Notes under the pieces: model-generated | Databases searched by the model: none | The model's input: only the letters and a program-made list of their open reading frames with translations | Told to the model about the DNA's origin: nothing | Source of the DNA: an uncultured virus (IMG/VR IMGVR_UViG_3300031813_000007) | Taxonomy: Duplodnaviria; Heunggongvirae; Uroviricota; Caudoviricetes | Virus record (IMG/VR): IMGVR_UViG_3300031813_000007 | Span: 62,001 to 117,345 of that record | Strand: one strand, 5' to 3' | Length of the DNA stretch: 55,345 nt | Position numbers and translations under genes: made by a program | In this document: in pieces, positions 44,627 to 54,879 of the stretch | How the letters are laid out: each line of letters starts with the position of its first letter | Numbering within the stretch: position 1 is the stretch's first letter

Positions 44627-45712
44627 TTATTCAGACATATTTAGAGCATCGCTGACAGTGAAATATTTAATAAGGTCTTTTGTTACGGTAAAATCAGTCT
44701 GATTGTTCAGTATATCAGCATTGTGTTCTACTATGGGTTTAATATTGTGTGTCCACTGAATCATCTCATCGTCAGAAAGGCTGCACAATCGTTTTATTTC
44801 ATTTACTATCGCATCCATTCTTTCTCTAGGGTCAGTGATCAGATCATATGATTCATCAATATAAGGAGCAAAGGTTTTGTATCCTCGGGAGCGCAATGTA
44901 GCGAGAAAGCCTACAGTTCCAACCACAATGAATGGATGTTTCATTGCCAGCGGCTTGAATATCTTCTCAGAGAAGAAACAACCCGGAGATATTATTTGAC
45001 CATCTGGATAATACCTATACATGGTTTCAGTTACTACCGAGAAATAAGAATTGCTGAAATACGACCAATCATCTGGTGTGATGTCCACTGGATTCTCATC
45101 ATAGCTATTAATATTCAGTTTTAATGGTAGCCTGTTTATATTCTGCACACAGTATGGAAAGTTGTCCTTGTATTCAATAATATTGTCAATAAAAGATGGC
45201 TCGCTTCCTTGAAATGAATAGTAAGCCTGATCAACAAGTCCTGCCTTAAACATTTCCTCTAGTAGTTCTATTCTATGTTGACGATGAACTTTATTAAAGC
45301 AAAGAAACTTTTTATCCCTCAGACCCGGTACATATTCATGAGGCGTGTGGATTCCATAGGATGACTTAAACATCGCTTCAAAATAAGACATTGATGCTAT
45401 TTTGAGTAATGATTCTTCGTGGTTCATTTCCAAGAACGTATTATAGGCTTGCTCACCCTTAAGATCACCAGTCAGGAAAAAGAACTGAGCATTAGGAACA
45501 CTGTCTTTTACGTACTTAACTATTGAATGAACTCTAGAGATAACATCGTACCAAAATGATTCAGACAGGCAATCAAACATGATGTTTGTTTTGCCTTCTG
45601 AATAAGCTAATCGTATATCGTTAACTACGGTAAAGAAATCTCTGTGAATAATACTGTGATCACTATGCAGCCCAGCATATATGGGATGCATAGTGTCTTT
45701 AAAAGGAATCAA
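44627..45712 (-). CDS. glycosyltransferase-like protein (paralog 1)
   Basis: KKFLCFN..HR..HR; SYFSVVTET...SEKIFKP...HPFIV...GYKTF...DESYD. Confidence 0.6.
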   Translation of the reverse strand: MIPFKDTMHPIYAGLHSDHSIIHRDFFTVVNDIRLAYSEGKTNIMFDCLSESFWYDVISRVHSIVKYVKDSVPNAQFFFLTGDLKGEQAYNTFLEMNHEESLLKIASMSYFEAMFKSSYGIHTPHEYVPGLRDKKFLCFNKVHRQHRIELLEEMFKAGLVDQAYYSFQGSEPSFIDNIIEYKDNFPYCVQNINRLPLKLNINSYDENPVDITPDDWSYFSNSYFSVVTETMYRYYPDGQIISPGCFFSEKIFKPLAMKHPFIVVGTVGFLATLRSRGYKTFAPYIDESYDLITDPRERMDAIVNEIKRLCSLSDDEMIQWTHNIKPIVEHNADILNNQTDFTVTKDLIKYFTVSDALNMSE

Positions 45713-45738
45713 ATCATTCCAGTTTTCAAGTATTTGTG

Positions 45739-46962
45739 TTAGAGTCCACTGTCCTGCTTCAGGGTGTGGCTCAAATCTTTTTTTTGGCGTGTGTTGCCAT
45801 AGTGGACAATTGGTCCACTATGTTGATATGTATTAATACGTCTCCAAGGATCAACTACCGTGCAGCGATCGGGAAACTTTAGATCAGCAACATAATGTTC
45901 CCAATATCCGATTAAATAAACATCAGTCGTATCAGCAGCAAGATCGGTATCACCAGTATGAATGTCATAGTAGTTTACATTTCCACCATGCTGTTCAACA
46001 TAATATCCGACCAACATTGAAGAAGAACCATTCGTATAGTGCACTCCGGGCTTATATGCCTTACCGACGATGGTTACATTATTGCCATACTCAAGACACT
46101 TCTTGGCCATGTTTTCAGCCTGCACTTCACGTGCTCGCATAATAGCGTCAAAAAGGTCATATCCAAGACCAAGATTTTCTGCCATATAACGCAGAGCAAT
46201 ATTGTCACGTGGATGACATGCCCCACCATCACCCATTCCAGCCATCATATATGCTGGACCTGTGATGCGATAGTTTGATCTTGCAAGAGCGCCTGTTACC
46301 ACATCAACGTCAATATTGCCATTCTTTTCGGCAACGTCCTGAATCATGTTAACGATACCAACCTTTGCTGAAATAAAAGTGTTGTAGAAAATCTTAATGG
46401 ATTCTGCTTCATCCCATGTACCAACTTCATAACGTGGATCATTCTGCATGAATACCTTGTAGAAATCAATCAACTCAGCAGCATCACCAGTAATAGAGCC
46501 ATCCTCTGTACCAATAATGACCATTTCTGGATTAACCATATCCCACTTGATTGTTCCCATTGCAATAAGATATGGATTGTAAATAAACCGTGCATTAGTG
46601 ATGCAAGGACGTAATTGACTACGAACTGTTCCCGGAAGCACTGTGCTAATGAGCACTACCAACTGGTCTTGGCTTACCCATTTATTAACTTCTTTGAGAA
46701 TATCAGTTACGATAGTGTAATCAAAGTCCTTATTAGGAAGATGACTTGTTGGAGTTTCTCCACCATAGATAGGATCATGTGGAGTAGGAGCAGCAATAAA
46801 GATAATATCTCTATCTGCTACTGCATCCTGAATGGTATTGCACATTGGGAATAATGGAGTTCTTGGTTCAACATCATATCCAACTACATCATAGTGTTCT
46901 GACATAACTTCGGCACAGTCTTGCCCGAGTTTGCCGCATCCGATCATTGCTACTTTTTTCAT
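45739..46962 (-). CDS. UDP-glucose/GDP-mannose dehydrogenase family protein
   Basis: GCGKLG, APTP, STVLPGT, AESIKIFYNTF, GDGGACHPRD, GKAYKPG. Confidence 0.92.
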   Translation of the reverse strand: MKKVAMIGCGKLGQDCAEVMSEHYDVVGYDVEPRTPLFPMCNTIQDAVADRDIIFIAAPTPHDPIYGGETPTSHLPNKDFDYTIVTDILKEVNKWVSQDQLVVLISTVLPGTVRSQLRPCITNARFIYNPYLIAMGTIKWDMVNPEMVIIGTEDGSITGDAAELIDFYKVFMQNDPRYEVGTWDEAESIKIFYNTFISAKVGIVNMIQDVAEKNGNIDVDVVTGALARSNYRITGPAYMMAGMGDGGACHPRDNIALRYMAENLGLGYDLFDAIMRAREVQAENMAKKCLEYGNNVTIVGKAYKPGVHYTNGSSSMLVGYYVEQHGGNVNYYDIHTGDTDLAADTTDVYLIGYWEHYVADLKFPDRCTVVDPWRRINTYQHSGPIVHYGNTRQKKDLSHTLKQDSGL

Positions 46963-47050
46963 GAAAATATTTATAGTCCCTGTTGGTGTGTAATAAATTT
47001 TATCTGATATTCCATTATACCATGGTATAATGCGCCGCGTTATTTAATAC

Positions 47051-48181
47051 TCAAATCAGCTTAGTGATAAAATTGGTTTGGTTCATGAGTGCGTTGTAGT
47101 TGAACTCGCATATTTCTCTTGCCTTACTTAGAAAATCAGATAATTGGTCTTGATTTAACTCGCATAATCGTTTTGTTTCATTCAGTATCATCATGAGACG
47201 CTTATCGTCATTTTCTTCCGTGTCATAGCTTTCATCAATGATGTCATCAAAGGTTTTATAACCAATACTACGCAATGCTCTTAGTGTATGAGGACGAGTA
47301 ATAACAATGAACGGATGCTTTTTCAGTATGGGCTTGAATATCTTCTCCGATACAAACACACCTTCTCCTCTGTGCTTGAAAAAGTTTGTCTCAGATACAA
47401 TGCTGAAATAGCTATTTGCATAGTAATAATCGGTTGAATCTGTCATTGTTGCCTGATTGATGTGCAGGTCTTTTGTGTCCAAATACATGGGCGGAAGGCT
47501 TTCATATTCTTCACGTCTAGTATAAAGCGTGTTTAATAGTTCTTCATCGTTTATACACCATAGAAAGGAATCTGCTGCTCTTTCCCATGATGCGCCGTCC
47601 ACACCAGCAGCCAAACTCACAAATCCCTGATTTAATAATCCATGTAGCTGCAACAATGCCACAAACATTATGCGATGTTCTCTCCATCGTCTATTGAGAT
47701 TGAGAAACTTTTTCTCATAGTGTTTGTCTTCAAGAGTAGCCAACTGTTGGTGCTGTGTCTGTTTAAGATTGTATTCAAACATTCTCAGCCATTCCACATT
47801 GATCGTGTCCTGATTGTATAGCGAGGCAACTCTCTTGACTTCCTGATCAATAATTGCCGATTCACTGAGTAATACTATATGCTTTGGTGGTATTCCCAAT
47901 CCTATGACATAATGCTGATATATGCTGTCTACAACATCATGAAACGCTTCATGTGAATTATTTAAACACAGTGTTATTCTACCATTACGCATGTCTTCTA
48001 TGGCAGTCTTGTCCATACGTGCTATAGATTGATTCAAATATTCCCCATGGTGGAAATCAATATACCAATAATCAGTGTCGTTAAAGTCTCTTATATAGAA
48101 TAGAGAACTGTTTGGACGAAGTTCTGGACCAGTACTACTATAATAATATATGGTATTGACAATAGACACTATTTCATCCAT
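47051..48181 (-). CDS. glycosyltransferase-like protein (paralog 2)
   Basis: KKFLNLNRRWREHR; SYFSIVSET...SEKIFKP...HPFIV...DESYD. Confidence 0.6.
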   Translation of the reverse strand: MDEIVSIVNTIYYYSSTGPELRPNSSLFYIRDFNDTDYWYIDFHHGEYLNQSIARMDKTAIEDMRNGRITLCLNNSHEAFHDVVDSIYQHYVIGLGIPPKHIVLLSESAIIDQEVKRVASLYNQDTINVEWLRMFEYNLKQTQHQQLATLEDKHYEKKFLNLNRRWREHRIMFVALLQLHGLLNQGFVSLAAGVDGASWERAADSFLWCINDEELLNTLYTRREEYESLPPMYLDTKDLHINQATMTDSTDYYYANSYFSIVSETNFFKHRGEGVFVSEKIFKPILKKHPFIVITRPHTLRALRSIGYKTFDDIIDESYDTEENDDKRLMMILNETKRLCELNQDQLSDFLSKAREICEFNYNALMNQTNFITKLI

Positions 48182-49236
48182 CCCATTTTTCTGTAGTACT
48201 GCAATGTATATTCTGTTAGTTTTTTAACATGACCATGCATCGTATAATCGGTTCCATCAGTGAGGAACTTAAGAGATGTTGGTACCATCTTGTCTTTGTT
48301 CAAACCAAAGTCAATCATGCGCTGTCTATTACGTATCATTTTTGGTAACAAGGTTTCATGCATTTGATCACGATAATCATTATTGTATATCTGGACTATG
48401 CGTTCAATGTTGTCTACTAACCCATTGATTCTATCCTTTACGTTCGGCATCGTGTCAAAACTATAATCAAACAGTTCATCATACAGTTCCAGACCGTACA
48501 TGTTTGCCAAGTAGTCTGTGTGGTAACCAGCACTACATAGAGCGATAAACGGCTTCAACTGTGCGATACTTTTTATTGTTTTCTCAGTTAGAAAGAACTC
48601 TTCTGGTTCAACATGACTTTCAGATACTAGATCAATAAATCCTCTGGTAAAGCTTGCGGGAATGGAACCGGCGTTAAACTCTGGTTTGGAATTCAACTCA
48701 AAATCTTGCTCATCCAACAATCGTGAACCATCGTGATATTTCCATCCCAGAAACGGTTCACTTTTCATTGAAAATGATACTCTCTCGGGATATATAAAGG
48801 TCACAATCCCATGTTGAAGGAGGCTTCTTTTTACTAGCTCATCAACCAGTAATGCTCTTTCATACTTTGGATTGTTATTATAACTAGTGAATACTTTATC
48901 CGCTTTAAGATGAGTATTCAGTGTGTCAGGTGCTGATATGCCCTTGTACAGTAAATCAACAAAGAATATATAGATACCAGAGGTAGATTCTGTTACGATA
49001 TTTGGAGTAATTTGCAAGTTATTTGGATTTGGAACTAGCACAGTTACGGTTTTATTATTTTCTTCTAACCATGGTTGTATATTATTAAAGAAGTGTTTGA
49101 AAATAAATCTAAAGTCATATTCTTCCAAACACAAACAAAGAATTCTGTCTGGGTTGAGTTCTTTGATTTCATTTATTTCCTGTTCCCATTGATAGTTATT
49201 GGCATGATACAAATGGTGAACAATATATACGTTCAT
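48169..49236 (-). CDS. glycosyltransferase-like protein (paralog 3)
   Basis: FIDLVSES...LTEKTIK...KPFI...FDYSFD; start reassigned to ATG 49236. Confidence 0.55.
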   Translation of the reverse strand: MNVYIVHHLYHANNYQWEQEINEIKELNPDRILCLCLEEYDFRFIFKHFFNNIQPWLEENNKTVTVLVPNPNNLQITPNIVTESTSGIYIFFVDLLYKGISAPDTLNTHLKADKVFTSYNNNPKYERALLVDELVKRSLLQHGIVTFIYPERVSFSMKSEPFLGWKYHDGSRLLDEQDFELNSKPEFNAGSIPASFTRGFIDLVSESHVEPEEFFLTEKTIKSIAQLKPFIALCSAGYHTDYLANMYGLELYDELFDYSFDTMPNVKDRINGLVDNIERIVQIYNNDYRDQMHETLLPKMIRNRQRMIDFGLNKDKMVPTSLKFLTDGTDYTMHGHVKKLTEYTLQYYRKMGWMK

Positions 49237-50213
49237 TGATCTTCGTTCCCCTGTACTATTTGTTGTGAAATCCATTGATAGGTTTTGATCAAACCTGTTT
49301 CTAAATCTTCGTCAGGACTCCATCCCAATACTTCTTGAATAAGCTTATTATCAGAGTTGCGTCCCATCACTCCTACAGGACCGTCTATATTCTTGACTGT
49401 GACTGACTTATTAGTGAGACTTGCAATCAGCATGACAAGATCATTTATACTAATCATGCGTTCGGAGCCTAGGTTTAATGGCTTGTCATATTCTCCGTCC
49501 ATGATGCGATGAATGCCCTCAATGCACTCATCGATGTACAGAAACGATCTTGTTTGTGTTCCCGGTCCCCATACTTCAATCTCGCCATTGTGGTCGCACA
49601 ATGCGACCTTACGACATAATGCGGCTGGTGCCTTTTCCTTACCGTTATTCCATGATCCTTGAGGACCAAATATATTGTGAAATCTTGCGATACGAACGTC
49701 TATATTATAGTTCTTTGCATATGTCATATACAGGCGTTCACTGAATAGTTTCTCCCATCCATATTCAGAATCTGGATTGGCAGGATATGCGCTGTCTTCA
49801 GATAGTAGAGGATTATTAGGATCAATCTGATTATGTTCCGGATAGATACATGCAGACGAAGAATAAAAAACTTTCTTAACACAGTGTTCTTTCATTGCAT
49901 CAAGGATGTTCAGATTAATACTTACAGAGTTGTGCATAATATCAGCATCATGTTCGCCTGTAAAGATGTATCCTGCTCCACCCATATCTGCGGCAAGCTG
50001 GTAGACTTCATCAAACTGATATAATCTAAAGATTGTATTAACACTGTTAATGTCACGTAAGTCTATAATGTGAAAATTGTCACACGATGTTTCAGAATAA
50101 AGTGGATGTTTTAAATCAACTCCTATTACTTTGTGTCCCTGTGCCTTGAGACTTGCAGCCAAATGTGAACCAATAAATCCGCCTGCACCACAGACTAATA
50201 CTTTTTTAGTCAT
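49233..50213 (-). CDS. GDP-mannose 3,5-epimerase-like NAD-dependent epimerase
   Basis: GAGGFIG, QLAADMGGAG, SSSACIYP, YGWEKLFSE, GKEKAPAALCRK, GRNSDN. Confidence 0.9.
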   Translation of the reverse strand: MTKKVLVCGAGGFIGSHLAASLKAQGHKVIGVDLKHPLYSETSCDNFHIIDLRDINSVNTIFRLYQFDEVYQLAADMGGAGYIFTGEHDADIMHNSVSINLNILDAMKEHCVKKVFYSSSACIYPEHNQIDPNNPLLSEDSAYPANPDSEYGWEKLFSERLYMTYAKNYNIDVRIARFHNIFGPQGSWNNGKEKAPAALCRKVALCDHNGEIEVWGPGTQTRSFLYIDECIEGIHRIMDGEYDKPLNLGSERMISINDLVMLIASLTNKSVTVKNIDGPVGVMGRNSDNKLIQEVLGWSPDEDLETGLIKTYQWISQQIVQGNEDQ

Positions 50214-51535
50214 GGTATATTCTTTCTGAATATGTTTGTCATTTTATCTACGATTAACTTTGGACTTGCATTCTTTACCAGATGATAGTTATGCTCTAAG
50301 ATGGGCTTCACTCTGCGTCTAAAGTCAATAATCTGTTCTGGCGTCCATTGCCCAATCTGAGCCGTCACAGCAGCAAGTCTGCGCATTCTTTCATGTGGAT
50401 CATGGCAGGTGTCATAGCTTTCATCCCAGAACTCTGAGAACGTTTTAAACCCCAAATCTTGCAATCCTCTAAGAGCGCCATTAACACCCACTGTGATAAA
50501 TGGATGCTTTTCTTTTGCTGGTTTAAATGACTTTTCGGTTAATGTTACTTCTGCTTCATAGAAGTTTGTTTCTGTTACAATACTAACAAGACTGCTTTGA
50601 TAGTATGGGCGAGATGCATTTGCACGATCTTCACACATTCTATTAATATCAGTTTCGTTATCAAGTATTAATGGAAGCCTAGACTGAAACCTGTTAATAT
50701 CGTCTATCTTGATTCCGTACTGGTTATCCAGTAACGTCTGATCAACCCTATGATGGAACTTAATAGATGGTGTTTCAATGTCATGTCCACTAAAGCTTAT
50801 TAGGCTTCGGTCAATCAGATTATTCTTTTCCAGATTTAATGCCATCTCAACACGATGCTGGCGAAATCTTCTATTCCACATTAGAAACAGCTTCTCAGGA
50901 ACAGTGTCAGTATTATACTCTGGTTCCTCATTGTTTTCAGAATATTCTGTGCTGAACACATGCATTGCAGATGCATATGGAACTATAGTCAGACGATGTT
51001 CTGGTGTATTTGGTATATTGTTTCTAGAACAGTAACTGTCGTATATTTCCTGCCCATTAATACAGCCTGTCAAATATAATATCTTATGCAGAGGAATATT
51101 GTGAATATCTTTAAAGTAACCATGCATTGCAGTAATGTGATTATCTTGAATAAATGCCTCGGCAAAATGATTAATCAGAATGTAACCATTGGCATTTCTT
51201 ACTCTTTCAACCAAATGCCATGGAATATGAGCAAACTCCAATATTCCAGTATTGCCTAGAAAATAATGTTCAAACTGTATGCGCCATACTAGCGTGAACG
51301 GTATAACAAATGGTCTGGTATCATTATTGGCGATGGAGACGGCTGGATAGATTTCATAATCATCTTGAGCATAACGGAACATTCTTGTCCATGCATCATC
51401 TCCCCACCATTTTAGAGAACTGATTTCTTTAACACCCTCAGCCACTCCTGCAAGGCTTAATACATTTGGTAACTCGGTATTCCAAATAGGACCTCTTGGG
51501 CCTATCCAGCTATAAACAACTTTGATTTTTTCCAT
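50210..51535 (-). CDS. glycosyltransferase-like protein (paralog 4)
   Basis: KLFLMWNRRFRQHR; SLVSIVTET...TEKSFKP...HPFI...GFKTF...DESYD. Confidence 0.6.
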   Translation of the reverse strand: MEKIKVVYSWIGPRGPIWNTELPNVLSLAGVAEGVKEISSLKWWGDDAWTRMFRYAQDDYEIYPAVSIANNDTRPFVIPFTLVWRIQFEHYFLGNTGILEFAHIPWHLVERVRNANGYILINHFAEAFIQDNHITAMHGYFKDIHNIPLHKILYLTGCINGQEIYDSYCSRNNIPNTPEHRLTIVPYASAMHVFSTEYSENNEEPEYNTDTVPEKLFLMWNRRFRQHRVEMALNLEKNNLIDRSLISFSGHDIETPSIKFHHRVDQTLLDNQYGIKIDDINRFQSRLPLILDNETDINRMCEDRANASRPYYQSSLVSIVTETNFYEAEVTLTEKSFKPAKEKHPFITVGVNGALRGLQDLGFKTFSEFWDESYDTCHDPHERMRRLAAVTAQIGQWTPEQIIDFRRRVKPILEHNYHLVKNASPKLIVDKMTNIFRKNIP

Positions 51536-51539
51536 GCCA

Positions 51540-52517
51540 TTATTTATCGACCTTATATTTAGGTATGATAATATCTGTGCCACAGTGGCAATGATCTTTA
51601 AAGCATGTGATTTCTTGTGGACCCACTTTGCTTACATCTTCCAATATATGACCAACGCGGTCTCCTTGTCCACAACTTGCCAGACTAATCTCTCCCACAG
51701 GATTAATAAAAATGGCGTCTCCTACTTGACACTTCCAATGTTTAAAAAAGTTCTGACCATTCACAATAATGTCATTTGAGTTGGTGGGATAAGAGAATGA
51801 TTCGTTATCTCCACGATAACGATTATAACTGACAGTTCTATGTGTGCGTTTATTTGGCTTTGGTTTTGTCTGTTGGATTTCAATATTGTGCTGTTTTAGA
51901 AAGTCAGACTTCTTTTGGTCTTTATATTCCCATGGGCTTGCATTAATACTGAGTTCATCAAAAAGTGGTGTCCATTCTAAGAAATAGTTAGGCATTACCT
52001 TTTTTAATTCTTCTGCATACTCTACGATTTCCCAGAATCGTTCCTCGTGCATGAGCATCTTAGTAGAAAGGTAGTTTACCTTTTCGCATAGATAAATGGA
52101 ATTCTCCTTGTAGCGTTCCTTGTTAGTGAACTCTACATGAAAGGACGCAACGATGTCATCAAACAGATAGGCATGTTTTTCCCACCATGCCAGTGGGCGA
52201 GAAAGATTCGTATTCACGGCCAAAGTAGCAAATGGAAGTTCCTTGTAAATCCATTCACAGATGGGAATAAAGTTACGCCATGCTGTAGGCTCACCACCAG
52301 AGAAAAAGAACTTGAAGTTTTTGTAACCCTTTTCCTTGTATTTGTTGATGATTGTCTCTAGGTTGGCAAGATAGATATCTAGATTGCCATTGTTTGGGCT
52401 TGTGCCACCCCAGTTGCCGGGGTTGCAATAACTGCATCGGAAGTTACAGAAGTTAGAGACTTGCCATGTGATCGCAAGATATGGTTCTGGTGCTTCAATG
52501 GCAATAAGTTCTCTCAT
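51540..52517 (-). CDS. radical SAM protein with C-terminal SPASM/twitch-like cysteines
   Basis: CNFRCSYC, SGGEPT, TNLS, ASFH; C-terminal C...C...CHC. Confidence 0.88.
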   Translation of the reverse strand: MRELIAIEAPEPYLAITWQVSNFCNFRCSYCNPGNWGGTSPNNGNLDIYLANLETIINKYKEKGYKNFKFFFSGGEPTAWRNFIPICEWIYKELPFATLAVNTNLSRPLAWWEKHAYLFDDIVASFHVEFTNKERYKENSIYLCEKVNYLSTKMLMHEERFWEIVEYAEELKKVMPNYFLEWTPLFDELSINASPWEYKDQKKSDFLKQHNIEIQQTKPKPNKRTHRTVSYNRYRGDNESFSYPTNSNDIIVNGQNFFKHWKCQVGDAIFINPVGEISLASCGQGDRVGHILEDVSKVGPQEITCFKDHCHCGTDIIIPKYKVDK

Positions 52518-52834
52518 AATGTCTCTTCTATATATTTCTTTAGTTCTTTTAAAGTGGTATCGTAATCTTCTACTACACCGATCATGCTGTTTTTGACTTT
52601 AGGTTCAATGACTACAGTATAACAACAGTTGTTATTGGTGGTCCATCTGAATACTCGGTTATAAATCCATCGTTCACTGTAAGTTGGTTCACCGAAAAAG
52701 CCTTTATATCCCGAAATGAAACCATATGACTTGTAATCATTAGCATTAGGATGAAAATCAAGCTGCTCCAGCTTTTTGAGATTATATAACTTCTTCAAGA
52801 AATATAACATGTCAGACATTAACTTGCTGCCCAT
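52514..52834 (-). CDS. hypothetical protein
   Basis: ORF coupled between radical SAM genes. Confidence 0.55.
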   Translation of the reverse strand: MGSKLMSDMLYFLKKLYNLKKLEQLDFHPNANDYKSYGFISGYKGFFGEPTYSERWIYNRVFRWTTNNNCCYTVVIEPKVKNSMIGVVEDYDTTLKELKKYIEETL

Positions 52835-54093
52835 TCATAGACTTCTTTAATCTCTGGTACAATGTCTTCAAACTTCTCGTTACGAAACTGATCCAACTCA
52901 TCATTGAACTGCTTGAACTCCAAAATGCCGCCCTTGTTCTCATCACCTACGTTGAGGTTATAGATGATCATCTTGAAGCCGTTAAAGATGTCTACATTGT
53001 CCTTATACTTTTCCTGATACACACGGTAAAGTTCAGTGAGCCTACGCTTTACGTGGTTTGGCAGAATCATGATATTTGCATACCATGGATTAGTAGCCAG
53101 ATTAAATCTAGGACTGGTCTTGGTATCAATAAAACCATTGTCAATCATATAATCAAAAAAGTCTGCAAAGTGAAAGATGTTCCATATGGAAATAGTAGGT
53201 GTAATCTGAAACTGAACGTGTGGCAGTTCTTCCTTCAACTTCTTCATATTCTTGATAGTGCGGTCCCAGTCAGTTCCTTTACGCATACATTCAGCAAGAG
53301 CACCATGAGCATCAAGTGATGCCCATACCTGAATGTTCTTGAACTTCTTCCAGTATTCAATCAAGTCTTTGTTCTTATAGCCATGTAGCGTAGAGAAGTT
53401 TGTAGTATAGTTTAACTCAATACTATCTGCTTGACCCGATTCAATCCAATAATCAAGACATTCATAGTGTTCTGGTGTAATAATGATTTCACCACCAGCA
53501 AAATATACTTCCGTAACATCAGCAAGATATGGCTTTAACTTGACCATGAACTGTTGGTCTTCGTTATTATTAACAACTACTTTCTGACCGGGGAAATATT
53601 CATCCCACATTTCCTTGCCACGCTTGTCCAGAAACTCTTGTGCCCACTGTGATGAGCATGATGGACCACATGAGCGGCACTTCATGTTACAGAGGTTACT
53701 GAACCGAATATCCATATACTTCATTTCAAACTCAGATAGCGAACCATCTTCGTTTGTGTTTTCTGCAATATAGTTAACGTAGTCAAGACCTCTGCGACGA
53801 TTATGAGACTGTCTCATCGTCCATGTGCCCATAAGTTCCAAGTCAAAGCAACGCTTACACTCTGGAACTTCCTCATCATTAAGCATTGCCTTACGAATCT
53901 CATTGTAACGATCACTGTTCATCATTTCAATGATAGACTGATCTGGATCAATCTGTGCCACTGGCATATTACTATCAGCAACACAGCAAGGCATTACTCT
54001 TGAATCAGGCCATGCATGAAAGTGCACCCATGGCAGAACACAAAAGTGCTTACCGTTGCATACCAGATTCTCAACTACGTTTTTATCAGCCAT
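52819..54093 (-). CDS. radical SAM protein with N-terminal twitch domain
   Basis: FCVLPW...PCC, CKRC, RFSNLCNMKCRSC, AGGE, SLDA. Confidence 0.9.
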   Translation of the reverse strand: MADKNVVENLVCNGKHFCVLPWVHFHAWPDSRVMPCCVADSNMPVAQIDPDQSIIEMMNSDRYNEIRKAMLNDEEVPECKRCFDLELMGTWTMRQSHNRRRGLDYVNYIAENTNEDGSLSEFEMKYMDIRFSNLCNMKCRSCGPSCSSQWAQEFLDKRGKEMWDEYFPGQKVVVNNNEDQQFMVKLKPYLADVTEVYFAGGEIIITPEHYECLDYWIESGQADSIELNYTTNFSTLHGYKNKDLIEYWKKFKNIQVWASLDAHGALAECMRKGTDWDRTIKNMKKLKEELPHVQFQITPTISIWNIFHFADFFDYMIDNGFIDTKTSPRFNLATNPWYANIMILPNHVKRRLTELYRVYQEKYKDNVDIFNGFKMIIYNLNVGDENKGGILEFKQFNDELDQFRNEKFEDIVPEIKEVYEWAAS

Positions 54094-54337
54094 TTGCTTC
54101 TTCTGTTTCCGAAACTCTTTTATAAGTTACAATATTATTGAGAATATTCTTAATCTTGATTTCAATGCTGTTGTCTTCATCATCAAGAGTTACTTGTGCA
54201 GCAGCATCACTGCCAAATGATCTGATAATATCACTCATTACCGCATCACATGTTTCCTGAGTTAGAGGCTCAAACATATACTTGTCAAGAATAGCGTTAA
54301 TCTCTTTATCCATTGCTTCATTAATATCAAATGTCAT
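54086..54337 (-). CDS. hypothetical protein
   Basis: ORF in operon. Confidence 0.55.
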   Translation of the reverse strand: MTFDINEAMDKEINAILDKYMFEPLTQETCDAVMSDIIRSFGSDAAAQVTLDDEDNSIEIKIKNILNNIVTYKRVSETEEANG

Positions 54338-54338
54338 A

Positions 54339-54878
54339 TTACTTTCCCTGTTTCAACTTTTGAATTTCACTCAGTAACTGTTTATATTCTGCTTCTTTCT
54401 TTGCATGTTCTTTTGCCATAACAGTCAACTCGTCACGAAGTTTTTTAGATTTTTTTAAGAAGCTGTTATCATCTGTTGTTTTGCTCGTTGGAAGCTTAAC
54501 TACACACGGTGTGCTAATCTTCATGGCATGATTGCGAATACGTGCTGCCAGATGTTCTAGTTTTGTTGCCAGCCAATCATAAAAACGCACACGCAAGCAA
54601 TCATTCTTTTCGGTAATTTGTTGCAAACGATCAATCAAAGTGCGATTGTCCTTTGCATCTTTTAAGATTTTAATTTTGTCACGAAGACGCTGAATGGCAT
54701 TAGCCGATGCTATTACACTTTTAAGTGCGGCTGCTCGTTCATCTGTATCTGGATTGTCCTGACCATCAATTTCTTTTACAATTGCACAGTATTTGTTATG
54801 GACCGATACTGCCGCCTGTAATTCTTCTTCAAGAACTGGCAAATCAGATACATTGTATTCTTCTATTAATATTCCCAT
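54339..54878 (-). CDS. coiled-coil hypothetical protein
   Basis: ORF in operon, GGAG SD. Confidence 0.6.
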   Translation of the reverse strand: MGILIEEYNVSDLPVLEEELQAAVSVHNKYCAIVKEIDGQDNPDTDERAAALKSVIASANAIQRLRDKIKILKDAKDNRTLIDRLQQITEKNDCLRVRFYDWLATKLEHLAARIRNHAMKISTPCVVKLPTSKTTDDNSFLKKSKKLRDELTVMAKEHAKKEAEYKQLLSEIQKLKQGK

Positions 54879-54879
54879 A

